Assembly: GCA_002309375.1 (NCBI GenBank)
Contig: DBXK01000012.1
Span: forward strand, 84,009 to 148,008
Source of the DNA: Christensenella sp. UBA1214
Lineage (GTDB): Bacteria; Bacillota; Clostridia; Christensenellales; CAG-138
Length of the DNA: 64,000 nucleotides
Direction of reading: 5' to 3'
Below the pieces are notes generated by a model. That model was not told where the DNA came from. It ran no database searches and saw only the letters and a program-made list of their open reading frames with translations. This document shows, in pieces, positions 44,047 through 54,096 of this stretch; position 1 is the first letter of the stretch, and each line of letters begins with the position of its first letter. The position numbers and the translations under genes are program-made.

Positions 44047-45357
44047 ATGAGCGCAAGAAGAGAATTGCTAAAGCGAAAACTACCTATTTTGACACGCTTT
44101 ATTCACTATCTAAAGCGACGCAGGAACGAGCTGCCTACAGTTACAAGACATTTAAAAAGAAGAAGAATTCAAAGAAAACGGATTAAAGCAAAGCAAGATA
44201 TAATCAAGGCTGTATTCATATGTCAATACATACCTTCTTGGAGCAAAAACAAAGCACTTTATGATACATTGTCCAATGACAAACGCTTCGAGACAATGCT
44301 ACTATGTGTGCCAAACAGGATTAGTTCTAACTGCCTTATTGATCCTGATGACACTACGAATGATACTTATGAGCATTTCTCATGCATGGGATACTCAGGC
44401 GTCATTAATGCATTGGTTGGGAAAAATAAATGGTTTGACCTTAAGAATTATTCCCCGGATTATGTAATCTATAATCGTTACGATCGGCCAATGCCGTTGG
44501 AGTATACATCGAAAGTTGTTTCTTCGTATTCAAAGATTTGTTTAATTGAGTACGGAACCTCACTACTTAAAATGGTTGATTATTTATTCGACTACCATTT
44601 CATTGCAAACACCTATTGTTATTTTGCAGAAACAGAAGCAAAGAAAAACGAATTCATACGATGGAATAGAGTCCTTTGCAGGCTAGGCCTTAGCAATGGG
44701 ATTTGCTGCGGTATACCTGCTGTTGAGAATGCAATACTAGCAGAGAACAGCGAAGGGAAAGCCTGGCAGTTTTCTCATAATCATTTTCGTATAATCTATG
44801 CACCGCGTTGGACGATGGACCCTGTTTGGGGCGGTTCGAGTTTTTTGAAGTATCATCAGCTCTTTATAAGCATTGCAGATTCTCAACCGACTGTTGATAT
44901 ATTGGTTAGGCCTCATCCTTTAATGTTTGACAACTTCATTAACACCGGTTTGATGACAATTGACGAAGTTAACGCCTATAAGAAATCTTGCGATGAACGC
45001 CCTAATATTAGAGTCGATACGGAAAAGGAATATTTGGCAACTTTTTGGAATTCCAGCGTACTCATCTGTGATTTCTCAAGTATGATTATCGAATACTATG
45101 TCACAAGAAAACCGATTATTTATTTGACTTATGACGATAAAATAGAGTACAATAATTTAATGTCCGCAATGCTGAAAGGATGCTATCTCGTTAATAACGA
45201 TAGTGATCTTAAGAAGACCATTGATATGTTGCTTGCTGGAGAGGATCCGTTAGCTCCAGTACGCTCAGAGGTTTGTGACACTGTTCTCCTGCAAGGAGAT
45301 AATGATAAGGCTAGTGAGAACATGAAACAGATTCTGCTTAACGGATACAGAAAATGA
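44047..45357 (+). CDS. CDP-glycerol glycerophosphotransferase (TagB/TagF) family-like protein
   Basis: IYAPRWT...LVRPHPLMF...VLICDFSSMIIEYYVTRKPIIYL resembles the TagF C-terminal catalytic region. Confidence 0.6.
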   Translation: MSARRELLKRKLPILTRFIHYLKRRRNELPTVTRHLKRRRIQRKRIKAKQDIIKAVFICQYIPSWSKNKALYDTLSNDKRFETMLLCVPNRISSNCLIDPDDTTNDTYEHFSCMGYSGVINALVGKNKWFDLKNYSPDYVIYNRYDRPMPLEYTSKVVSSYSKICLIEYGTSLLKMVDYLFDYHFIANTYCYFAETEAKKNEFIRWNRVLCRLGLSNGICCGIPAVENAILAENSEGKAWQFSHNHFRIIYAPRWTMDPVWGGSSFLKYHQLFISIADSQPTVDILVRPHPLMFDNFINTGLMTIDEVNAYKKSCDERPNIRVDTEKEYLATFWNSSVLICDFSSMIIEYYVTRKPIIYLTYDDKIEYNNLMSAMLKGCYLVNNDSDLKKTIDMLLAGEDPLAPVRSEVCDTVLLQGDNDKASENMKQILLNGYRK

Positions 45358-45397
45358 CGGTTGATTCTTAATTAGATGATTGTCGGAGGTGCTTTAA

Positions 45398-45823
45398 ATG
45401 GAATATAAGATTTTCAATCTGCCTGTACGCGCAACAAATGGTTTGGGAAATCTTTCCTTTTTGGAAGCCGAGGTAGATACGCCTTTCCAGATCAAACGCA
45501 TTTACTATATCTATGATGTGCCTACAGGCACGCAGCGTGGAGGTCATGCTCATAAGCGGCTTCAACAGCTCCTGTTTTGCCCGAATGGCGTGATTGAGAT
45601 CATTTTGGCAGATGGAGAAGAGAGTGCTTCCGTTATGCTGGATCGGCCGAACAAAGCGTTGTTGATAGGACCCGGACTGTGGCGCGAGATGCTGTGGCAT
45701 ACAGGAGGAGCAGTACTTTGTGTTGCCGCTTCGGAGCATTATGATGAGAATGATTATATCAGAGACTACGACGCGTTCCTGGAGTACATTAACGAAAAGC
45801 ATAGTGAGGTAAGTGATGATTGA
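45398..45823 (+). CDS. fdtA: dTDP-4-keto-6-deoxyhexose 3,4-ketoisomerase (FdtA/QdtA, WxcM-like cupin)
   Basis: [49 protein letters not shown]. Confidence 0.85.
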   Translation: MEYKIFNLPVRATNGLGNLSFLEAEVDTPFQIKRIYYIYDVPTGTQRGGHAHKRLQQLLFCPNGVIEIILADGEESASVMLDRPNKALLIGPGLWREMLWHTGGAVLCVAASEHYDENDYIRDYDAFLEYINEKHSEVSDD

Positions 45824-46910
45824 GTTCGTCAGCTTAAAACGTCAATTCGACCTTTATTCTTCGGAGTATGAAGAAGCAGCACTGCGTACGCTGCGTTCCG
45901 GTTGGTACATCATGGGGAAAGAGCTCGAGACTTTCGAAACGCAATTTGCCCAATATCTCGGTGTCAAGTATTGCGTTGGGCTCAACTCCGGCCTCGATGC
46001 ATTGACTTTGGCTGTTCGCGCGCTGGGGATCGGTTCGGGAGACGAGGTGATCGTTCCGGCAAACACCTATATCGCCAGCGTACTGGGTATTACGGAGAAT
46101 GGCGCAACACCTGTTTTCGTCGAACCGGATGAATACTTTTGCTTGGATGCAGACAAGATCGAGAGTGTAATTACTCCAAGAACAAAGGCAATACTCCCGG
46201 TACATCTGTACGGGCAACCGTGTGATATGCGAAAGATCTGCACAATAGCGGAAAAGCATGGTTTGTACATTATAGAGGACTGTGCGCAGTCACATGGCGC
46301 GCGATTGGACGGAAAACCGACCGGCACCTTCGGCACAATAGGCTGCTTCAGCTTTTATCCGACCAAGCCGCTCGGTGCTCTTGGTGATTCCGGCGCTGTT
46401 GTTACAAACGATCCTGTTCTTTATGACAGGCTGCGTAAACTCCGTAATTACGGCAGCGGCACAAAGTATATCAACGAACTCGAAGGTGTTAATTCCAGGT
46501 TGGATGAGGTACAGGCGGCTATGCTGCAAGTTGGTTTAAAACACCTTGATTATGGTAATGCATATCGAAGGCACATCGCTGAACGCTATCTTTCCGAAAT
46601 CCGCAGTCCTCTGATCGTTCTTCCGAAAACACGGCAGGGCGCGGAGCATGTTTATCATATTTTCGGCGTACTTGCCGAGAATCGCGACGCCCTGCAAAAA
46701 CACATGGAAGAATGCGGCGTAAAAACGCTTATACATTATCCGATCCCGCCTCATTTGCAGGAGTGTTACGCTCGCTTGGGTCATAAATGCGGGAGTTTCC
46801 CGATAAGCGAATCATATGCAAAGACAGAACTCAGTTTACCGGTTTATGTGGGAATGCCGGAAGAAGATGTCGATGCAGTAATCAAAGCAGCCAATTCGTT
46901 TGGAGTTTGA
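45816..46910 (+). CDS. fdtB: DegT/DnrJ/EryC1 PLP-dependent sugar aminotransferase (FdtB/QdtB-like)
   Basis: ATG at 45816 behind [16 protein letters not shown]...AQSHGA...[17 protein letters not shown] (the PLP Lys context). Confidence 0.9.
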   Translation: MIEFVSLKRQFDLYSSEYEEAALRTLRSGWYIMGKELETFETQFAQYLGVKYCVGLNSGLDALTLAVRALGIGSGDEVIVPANTYIASVLGITENGATPVFVEPDEYFCLDADKIESVITPRTKAILPVHLYGQPCDMRKICTIAEKHGLYIIEDCAQSHGARLDGKPTGTFGTIGCFSFYPTKPLGALGDSGAVVTNDPVLYDRLRKLRNYGSGTKYINELEGVNSRLDEVQAAMLQVGLKHLDYGNAYRRHIAERYLSEIRSPLIVLPKTRQGAEHVYHIFGVLAENRDALQKHMEECGVKTLIHYPIPPHLQECYARLGHKCGSFPISESYAKTELSLPVYVGMPEEDVDAVIKAANSFGV

Positions 46911-46911
46911 A

Positions 46912-48423
46912 ATGAACGTAAAGCTCAGACATCTTGAAAATAAAGACGCTCCATTCATGTTGGAATGGATGCAAGACCCTGAAATTACGCGTTTCTTCAG
47001 GTTTGACGCATCGTCTGTTACCTTGGACTCGTGCCTTAACTTTATCAGAAGCGCTGATTCGCAGCCGGATGCTGCTCATTTTGCAATCGTTGATGAAAAC
47101 GATGAGTATTTGGGTACGATCAGTTTGAAAAACATCGATACCGAAAAGCTCTGCGCGGAGTATGCGATCAGCACAAGAAAAAAGGCGCATGGAACCGGTA
47201 CGGCGATGCAGGCGACAAAGCTGATTCTTGAGTATGCATTCGACACACTTGGCCTTGAACGCGTCTATCTAAACGTTCTTGCTGAAAACGGTAGGGCGAA
47301 TGCTTTTTACCGAAAAGCTGGCTTCAGCTTTGTGCGCGAAGAAACGGATGCAATTGAGCTCCGCGGCGAACGAAAGGCCTTGAATTGGTATGAGATAAAA
47401 GTCGAAGACATTGAAATGAAAGCAGTCAAGAATAATGAGATTGCTGTGAGCGTTGCAGTTATCACATACAATATGCAGGAGTATTTGCCTCAGCTTCTTG
47501 GTAGCATTCTAAAACAAAAGGTCAATTTCCGATACGAGATCGTTGTGGACGATGATCATTCGCCCGATGATTCTCGTACCATTCTTAGAGAGTATTCAAA
47601 TAAATATCCTGATCGTTTTGTGCTTTCACTGAGAAATGTAAATGTTGGCGGAAGCCGCAATATGTATGGCGTGCTAAGGAAATGCAGGGGTAAATACATT
47701 GCAATTCTTGAAGGTGACGACTGGTGGGAAGCCGATGATAAACTGCAGTATCAGTTCGATTTCATGGAATCCCATCCGGAATACATAGGGATGTACTGCA
47801 ATTCTTGGTGCGAATTAAGCAGGACAGAATCCGTGCAGCGAATTCGAAGAGACATCTCCGAGCCAATGGTATTTAGATACAAAGATTTTCTGAGCTTTCA
47901 CTTCTTCGATCGATTGCCAAACAGCACTGACACTGCTTTTTTCAGAAACTTTTTTTCCACAGCATCGGAGAGGGAAATAGATGTTTTCTATAAAGCTCAC
48001 AGAATGGTCTGGGATCAGTCTCTTGCTTTGATCCTATATGGAAAAGGCAATGTTTATGTTGACCCACGGCTGGTGAGTCATCACCGGACAATAGTAGAGA
48101 AGGGTGGTAAGAATTACCAATCTCGTTACGCAGTAGAGGATCACAGGGTCACCGATGCAGCTATGTATGCAGCACATGAGGAGTACATGGAAAAAGTATT
48201 GCACCGACGCTGCACGAAGTTTTATAAAGTCAGAGGAATGATTTTCGCAGAAGCATATTGGATCGCGAAAAAAAGCGGTTTACCCGAAGATAAAGAAAAA
48301 GCCCGCGAAATATGGAATCAACGCAGAAAGAAATGGCCCCTGATTTGGTGGACTTTTGTGTGGGGATGTGGTACAATAAAAAGACGATTAAGCCGGAAAA
48401 AGTATTCCGGTAAAGAAGCTTAA
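46912..48423 (+). CDS. Bifunctional GNAT N-acetyltransferase (residues 1-168) :: GT2 glycosyltransferase (residues 169-503) fusion
   Basis: The N-terminus LRHLENKDAPFMLEWMQDPEITRFF...GTGTAMQATKLILEYAF is GNAT. From the in-frame Met at 47416, VSVAVITYNMQEYL...IVVDDDHSPDDS...ILEGDDWW is GT2. No stop separates the two halves. Confidence 0.75.
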   Translation: MNVKLRHLENKDAPFMLEWMQDPEITRFFRFDASSVTLDSCLNFIRSADSQPDAAHFAIVDENDEYLGTISLKNIDTEKLCAEYAISTRKKAHGTGTAMQATKLILEYAFDTLGLERVYLNVLAENGRANAFYRKAGFSFVREETDAIELRGERKALNWYEIKVEDIEMKAVKNNEIAVSVAVITYNMQEYLPQLLGSILKQKVNFRYEIVVDDDHSPDDSRTILREYSNKYPDRFVLSLRNVNVGGSRNMYGVLRKCRGKYIAILEGDDWWEADDKLQYQFDFMESHPEYIGMYCNSWCELSRTESVQRIRRDISEPMVFRYKDFLSFHFFDRLPNSTDTAFFRNFFSTASEREIDVFYKAHRMVWDQSLALILYGKGNVYVDPRLVSHHRTIVEKGGKNYQSRYAVEDHRVTDAAMYAAHEEYMEKVLHRRCTKFYKVRGMIFAEAYWIAKKSGLPEDKEKAREIWNQRRKKWPLIWWTFVWGCGTIKRRLSRKKYSGKEA

Positions 48424-48435
48424 GGAGGTTTGTAA

Positions 48436-49401
48436 ATGCCGGAGCTGTCGATCATTGTACCGGTTTATAAAGTTGAGCCATATCTGCCGAAATGCATTGA
48501 CAGTATTCTTGCGCAGACTTTTACCGATTTTGAACTGATACTGATCGACGACGGATCTCCTGACAGGTGCGGTGAGATATGTGATGAATATGCTGCAAAA
48601 GACAGCCGAATAGTTGTTATTCATCAGGAGAACAAAGGCGTCAGTGCTGCGCGAAATGCGGGGCTTGACATCGCAAAGGGGGAATACATCGGTTTTGTTG
48701 ATTCGGATGACTGGATCGAGAAGACAATGTATAAGAGGCTTATCTCAATAATGCAAGCCGATGATACTGATATAGCAATATGCGGATGCAAACAGAGAAA
48801 AGAATCGGGCGAGTTTCTTTATAATGATTTTTTTAATGAGGGAAGCTACAATCATGATCAGTTATTAAGAGCAATGATCAGTATTCCGAATCCAATTGGT
48901 GGAGTTTTGTGGAATAAGCTGTTTAAGAGAAGAATAATTGGTTCTTTACGATTCTGTGAGAATATGAAGAATTGTGAAGATGGGTTATTTATTGTGCAAA
49001 CTCTAGTTGAAACAAAATCCGGCAAGAAGATACCAGATCCCTTGTATAACGTTGTTCAACGTGACTTGAGCGCATCTAGAAGCGGGAATGTTCAGCAGGT
49101 TTATCATACAGTCCTAGGGTTTGTTGAAATTAGAAAATTTTTGGTGAAAAATGAGAATAGTCGGGATATTTGTTCACGTTCTGCAGAGATGTTACTTGAT
49201 AACAGCATACGCTTCGGAAATATTATTAAGGAATTAGGCATGAAGACAAAACAGCCATGCACGTATGAACTAAACGGTATAAGAAACATTATGCGTAAGA
49301 CAATCATTGAGTCAGCTGTAAAAGCGCTGCTTCCATTACGTTCAATACATGGATATGTTTGTGAAATGAGAAAACTGAGGCTAACTAACAATGTCAGATA
49401 A
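48436..49401 (+). CDS. Glycosyltransferase family 2
   Basis: RBS AAGGAGG. LSIIVPVYKVEPYLPKCIDSILAQTFTDFELILIDDGSPDRCGEICDEY...GFVDSDD. Confidence 0.85.
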   Translation: MPELSIIVPVYKVEPYLPKCIDSILAQTFTDFELILIDDGSPDRCGEICDEYAAKDSRIVVIHQENKGVSAARNAGLDIAKGEYIGFVDSDDWIEKTMYKRLISIMQADDTDIAICGCKQRKESGEFLYNDFFNEGSYNHDQLLRAMISIPNPIGGVLWNKLFKRRIIGSLRFCENMKNCEDGLFIVQTLVETKSGKKIPDPLYNVVQRDLSASRSGNVQQVYHTVLGFVEIRKFLVKNENSRDICSRSAEMLLDNSIRFGNIIKELGMKTKQPCTYELNGIRNIMRKTIIESAVKALLPLRSIHGYVCEMRKLRLTNNVR

Positions 49402-50233
49402 ACAATTCACAACCGTAATCGTTCCCAAATCGAAATGGTTCGACTTCCACCTCAAAGAAGTGTGGAAGTACCGAGACCTGATTTTATTGTTTGTCAAGCG
49501 CAACTTTGTTTCGCAGTACAAGCAAACGATTTTAGGCCCGATTTGGGCTTTGATTCAACCTTTATTAACTACTGTGGTATTCACAGTGGTTTTCGGCCGC
49601 CTCGCGGGTCTTGCGGCAGAAGGTGTGCCGTCGTTTCTGTTCTTTATGAGCGGTAATGTCGCATGGCATTATTTTTCAAGCTGCTTAACATCGACAGCCA
49701 ATACTTTTACGGGAAACGCTGGAATATTCGGCAAGGTGTATTTCCCGAGATTGGTTAGTCCTATCTCAACGGTCCTGACGAACCTGATATCCTTTGCGAT
49801 CCAGTTCGTAATGTTCCTTGTGTTCCTCGCGATCTACTGGGCAAAAGGCGCTGTGCAGCCCACGCTGTATGCTTTGATGCTGCCGGTCCTGCTTCTCCAA
49901 ATGGCAATGCTGAGCCTCGGCGTAGGTATTATTATCTCGTCGCTGACGACCAAATATCGCGATCTGAAAATGCTTATCGGTTTCGGCGTACAGCTGTGGA
50001 TGTACGGTACGCCGGTAGCATACGATATCGGCATAGTTCCGCAAAAGTTCATGAGCGTGTATATGCTCAATCCGATGACGCCGATCATCAACACTTTCCG
50101 CACGGCGTTCCTTGGACTCGGGAGCTTTGATCTGCCACATTACCTGATCAGCTGGGGTGTGACGATCGTGATTCTCTTCCTCGGGTTGATGCTTTTCAAC
50201 AGAGTCGAGAAAACTTTCATGGATACTGTTTGA
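49391..50233 (+). CDS. tagG: ABC-2 type polysaccharide/teichoic acid export permease
   Basis: 280 aa with 6 TM helices. The N-terminal WKYRDLILLFVKRNFVSQYKQTILGPIWALIQPLL is characteristic of the TagG/Wzm family. Confidence 0.85.
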   Translation: MSDKQFTTVIVPKSKWFDFHLKEVWKYRDLILLFVKRNFVSQYKQTILGPIWALIQPLLTTVVFTVVFGRLAGLAAEGVPSFLFFMSGNVAWHYFSSCLTSTANTFTGNAGIFGKVYFPRLVSPISTVLTNLISFAIQFVMFLVFLAIYWAKGAVQPTLYALMLPVLLLQMAMLSLGVGIIISSLTTKYRDLKMLIGFGVQLWMYGTPVAYDIGIVPQKFMSVYMLNPMTPIINTFRTAFLGLGSFDLPHYLISWGVTIVILFLGLMLFNRVEKTFMDTV

Positions 50234-50241
50234 GGTGAGAT

Positions 50242-51522
50242 ATGGACGAGCTTGCAATCAAAATTGAACATGTATCGAAACAGTATCGGCTCGGTGCTAT
50301 AGGCGGCGGGTCCCTGCGCGGCGACCTACAATCCTGGTGGGCGCGGGTGCGAGGCAAGGAAGATCCGAACTCAAAAGTCGGAACTCGAACGGACATAAAA
50401 ATCGGCGAACGCTTCCTTGCGCTTGATGATATAAACCTTGAAGTCAAAAAGGGCGAAGCGCTGGGCATAATCGGACATAACGGCGCCGGCAAATCGACGC
50501 TGCTGAAGCTGCTGTGCCGCGTAACCGCACCGACGACGGGTATGATCGGCATAAACGGCAGGATCGCTTCCATGCTCGAGGTCGGTACAGGCTTCCATCC
50601 CGAGCTGACCGGTCGTGAAAACATATACATGAACGGCGCCATCCTCGGCATGACCAGAAAAGAGATCGACGCCAAGATGGAGGATATCATTGAATTCTCG
50701 GAGGTGCGGCAATTCATCGACACCCCCGTGAAGCGATATTCGAGCGGCATGTATGTCAAGCTCGCTTTCTCGGTAGCTGCGCATCTCGATTCTGAGATAA
50801 TGATCATGGACGAGGTGCTGGCTGTAGGCGACATGGCATTCCAGAAAAAATGCTTGGATAAAATGCGCGAAGCAGCCAACAAGGAAGGCCGCACGGTGCT
50901 CTATGTCAGCCATAATATGAACACCATCAGGCAGCTGTGCGACCGCTGCATCGTATTGGACCATGGGAAAGTTATTTATGATGGTGACGTTGATGCAGCG
51001 ATTGCTAAATACCTTGGTGAACACCAAGAAACAGCTTTCCCTGTCGCCTATGATTTATCTCAGAATAAAAGGAATCATCACTTTGGGAAACAAATATTTG
51101 TTAAGAGTTTTAGGTTTCTTGAAGCGGAAGCAGCAAGGTTTATGATAGGCCAGACAATCAATATTGAGATTTCTCTTGATTCAAAGATCGAAGTGGATGA
51201 TGCAAGAATTGTTATGCGCATTAAGGATAAGGGCAACTATGTTCGTTATGCAAGCAGCCTATCTAATTGCTTTAGCATTTCCCGCAGCGAGGGACAAAAA
51301 ATAAGACTTAGACTTGATACCACTCAACTGATAGAAGACGAATACTGTTTTAGTTTTGAAGTTATTTCTACTGATTCGATTGGAAACTATCATTCATACG
51401 ATAATCCAATGGCAACCATCTTCGTGTTTATGTATGAGTGTGATGATTCGGATATAAATTGGGCTAAACAATACTGGGGCAATATCCGCTTGCCGGATAT
51501 GAGCGCTGTAACAATAAGGTGA
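50242..51522 (+). CDS. tagH: Polysaccharide/teichoic acid export ATP-binding protein with a C-terminal Wzt-like extension
   Basis: Walker A GHNGAGKST, signature YSSGM, Walker B IMIMDEVLAVGD. A ~170-aa beta-rich C-terminal domain follows the NBD. Confidence 0.85.
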   Translation: MDELAIKIEHVSKQYRLGAIGGGSLRGDLQSWWARVRGKEDPNSKVGTRTDIKIGERFLALDDINLEVKKGEALGIIGHNGAGKSTLLKLLCRVTAPTTGMIGINGRIASMLEVGTGFHPELTGRENIYMNGAILGMTRKEIDAKMEDIIEFSEVRQFIDTPVKRYSSGMYVKLAFSVAAHLDSEIMIMDEVLAVGDMAFQKKCLDKMREAANKEGRTVLYVSHNMNTIRQLCDRCIVLDHGKVIYDGDVDAAIAKYLGEHQETAFPVAYDLSQNKRNHHFGKQIFVKSFRFLEAEAARFMIGQTINIEISLDSKIEVDDARIVMRIKDKGNYVRYASSLSNCFSISRSEGQKIRLRLDTTQLIEDEYCFSFEVISTDSIGNYHSYDNPMATIFVFMYECDDSDINWAKQYWGNIRLPDMSAVTIR

Positions 51523-51527
51523 ATATA

Positions 51528-52694
51528 ATGAGCGTATTAAACAAACTTTCTTTAAGAGCAAAGAGAGCTTATTCTAGAATAGCGCCGATTGATAAAAGCA
51601 AAATCGTGTTTGACAATATTGCAGGTAAAGGCTACGGCGAAAATTTAAAGTACATTGCTGAGGAGATTAAAAAACGCGATTTAAAAGTTAAGATGTACTG
51701 GCTTGTTTCGGATATGGATACTATTCTTCCTTCTTGGATGAATAGAATCCAAATTGGAACTCTACGGGCAGAATACGAACTGCAAACCGCAGGGTTTGTT
51801 GTTTATAATTATAGAAGAAGATGGGAATTCCCTAAAAAGAAAGGCCAAGTTTTTTTGCAAACATGGCACGGCGGTATTGCAATGAAAAAGATCGAGAAAG
51901 ATGCGGAGGATAAGCTGCCGGAATCTTATATAAAGAATGCAGTCTTAGATGGTCAATTAACTGACGGGATTATCGCTGACGGCGAGCAGATTGAAGATAT
52001 CTATAAGCGAGCGTTCTGGTTAAATGATAATTGCGAGATGTTAAGATTTGGCTCTCCGCGAATTGATGTTCTTCTTAACTCAAAGAACACGAATTTAATC
52101 CGTAAAAGGGTAAGAGGCATACTTCAGATTAAAGATAACGCGTACGTTGTTTTGTATGCACCAACATTCAGGAATAGCGGTACTGCCGAGGCATACGTTG
52201 CCGATTTGGATGCGGTCAAGAGAGCGTTTTCGATTACACGTTCTGAGATAGTTATCTTAGTAAGACTCCATCCAAATGTTGCCAAGACTTCGCATAATCT
52301 TAAGTATGACTTTTCAGATACGATTATCAATGCAACTGACTATTATGATCCGCAGGAATTGATAATCGCTTCCGATGCCTGCATAACGGATTATTCTTCA
52401 ATTGTATATGATTTTGCAATGATGGGGAAGCCGGGCTTCTTATGCATGAAAGATTTGGACGCTTATATTGCCGAAAGGGGTATGTATGATTGGTTTTACG
52501 ATCAACCATTCAATATGAATTATGATGAAGAATCCCTTTGCCAAGATATTAGCACATTTGATTATGATGAGTATAAAAAGAAGTTGGATACTTTCTTTGA
52601 GAAATATAAAACATACAACTTGGGAAATGCTGCGGCCCAAACTGTTGATTGGCTTGTTGAACGCGGGCTATCTGAAAAAAGGAGGAAAGCATGA
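51528..52694 (+). CDS. CDP-glycerol glycerophosphotransferase (TagB/TagF family)
   Basis: ATG at 51528 behind AAGGTG. FLQTWHGGIAMKKIEKDA...VLYAPTFR...VRLHPNV...ITDYSSIVYDFAMMGKP. Confidence 0.8.
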   Translation: MSVLNKLSLRAKRAYSRIAPIDKSKIVFDNIAGKGYGENLKYIAEEIKKRDLKVKMYWLVSDMDTILPSWMNRIQIGTLRAEYELQTAGFVVYNYRRRWEFPKKKGQVFLQTWHGGIAMKKIEKDAEDKLPESYIKNAVLDGQLTDGIIADGEQIEDIYKRAFWLNDNCEMLRFGSPRIDVLLNSKNTNLIRKRVRGILQIKDNAYVVLYAPTFRNSGTAEAYVADLDAVKRAFSITRSEIVILVRLHPNVAKTSHNLKYDFSDTIINATDYYDPQELIIASDACITDYSSIVYDFAMMGKPGFLCMKDLDAYIAERGMYDWFYDQPFNMNYDEESLCQDISTFDYDEYKKKLDTFFEKYKTYNLGNAAAQTVDWLVERGLSEKRRKA

Positions 52695-53092
52695 AAAGAG
52701 TGATTACATACGGAACATTTGATTTGCTCCATTACGGCCATATTAACCTGCTTAGAAGAGCAAAAGCATATGGCGATTATCTGATCGTTTGTCTCTCTAC
52801 GGACGAATTCAACTGGAACGAAAAACGAAAGAAATGCTACTTTTCATATGAAAAGCGCAAGGCGCTTCTGGAAGCGATTCGTTATGTTGATTTGGTTATT
52901 CCTGAAGAAAACTGGAATCAAAAAAAGACGGATGTACACGAGTATCACATTGATACATTCGTTATGGGGGACGATTGGGAAGGAAAATTTGATTTTTTGA
53001 AAGATGAAGGTGTAGAGGTGGTTTATCTTCCGAGAACACCGGAAATAAGCACAACCCAGATAAAAAAAGATCTTGAAGGACATAAATCGTGA
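52691..53092 (+). CDS. tagD: Glycerol-3-phosphate cytidylyltransferase
   Basis: MKRVITYGTFDLLHYGHINLLRRAK...RTPEISTTQIK (HxGH and RTxGISTT motifs). Confidence 0.92.
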   Translation: MKRVITYGTFDLLHYGHINLLRRAKAYGDYLIVCLSTDEFNWNEKRKKCYFSYEKRKALLEAIRYVDLVIPEENWNQKKTDVHEYHIDTFVMGDDWEGKFDFLKDEGVEVVYLPRTPEISTTQIKKDLEGHKS

Positions 53093-53101
53093 GATAGAAA
53101 T

Positions 53102-54085
53102 ATGCCGTCAGTAAGCGTTATTGTACCAGTCTATAAAGTTGAGCCTTATCTGCGCCAATGCGTGGACAGCATTCTTGCGCAAACTTTTTCGGACTTCGAA
53201 TTGATTCTCGTTGATGATGGAAGCCCGGATAATTGCGGCGCGATATGTGATGAGTATGCGGAAAAGGATGCCCGTATTCATGTTATTCATCAACAAAACG
53301 GTGGGCTTTCCGCAGCCAGAAATGCAGGCATAGATGTTGCTAAAGGCAAGTTTTTGACTTTCGTTGACAGTGATGATATTGTTAAAACAAAGTATCTTGA
53401 AAGCCTTTACGATATGATAGAATCGTATGATGCAGAAATCGCATGCTGCGGAATGTGCGACTTCGTTGATAATGTAGCTCCGGCAGTTGATTGCTATAAT
53501 GATAAGAAGGAACATACCTACAGAGGACCGGACGCTGCACTTGAACAGTATGCGGAAAGATCTGTCGTTCGCGTGTCTGCATGCGGAAAACTATATTCAG
53601 CAGATTTATATAAGAATGTGCGTTTCCCTGAAGGAATGTTGCACGAAGATCAAGCAACAACACCTATAGTCCTGTTTAATGCTTCCAGAGTTGTTGCTTT
53701 TGATACTCCGCTTTACTGTTACCGACTGCGCGAACAAAGTATTATGCACAGCAGATTTTCGGCAAAACGATACGACGACATAGTTGCTGTTGATAAATGC
53801 ATTTGCTATTTTAAAAATAAAGACGCAGAGGAATTGGTTAAAGCTGCAGTTTGCAGGAAGAATGAATTGATGGCTGTTTATTCATTGCTAGCCAGAAAAG
53901 ACGGCGTGTATTCGGAAGTACCTAAAGAGTATCGCATTAGCGAACACAGGGCACTGAAATGGCTTAGAAAAAACCTTTCGGATGATAAATATACATACCA
54001 GTTGGCAAAAGTTCATCCCAACTGGCTTCGTCCGCATGCTTATTGGCGTAAGATTAAAAAAATTCTGCACATTCCGTGTAAATAA
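53102..54085 (+). CDS. Glycosyltransferase family 2 (paralog of 48436-49401)
   Basis: VSVIVPVYKVEPYLRQCVDSILAQTFSDFELILVDDGSPDNCGAICDEY...TFVDSDD. Confidence 0.85.
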   Translation: MPSVSVIVPVYKVEPYLRQCVDSILAQTFSDFELILVDDGSPDNCGAICDEYAEKDARIHVIHQQNGGLSAARNAGIDVAKGKFLTFVDSDDIVKTKYLESLYDMIESYDAEIACCGMCDFVDNVAPAVDCYNDKKEHTYRGPDAALEQYAERSVVRVSACGKLYSADLYKNVRFPEGMLHEDQATTPIVLFNASRVVAFDTPLYCYRLREQSIMHSRFSAKRYDDIVAVDKCICYFKNKDAEELVKAAVCRKNELMAVYSLLARKDGVYSEVPKEYRISEHRALKWLRKNLSDDKYTYQLAKVHPNWLRPHAYWRKIKKILHIPCK

Positions 54086-54096
54086 GGAGAGATTAA

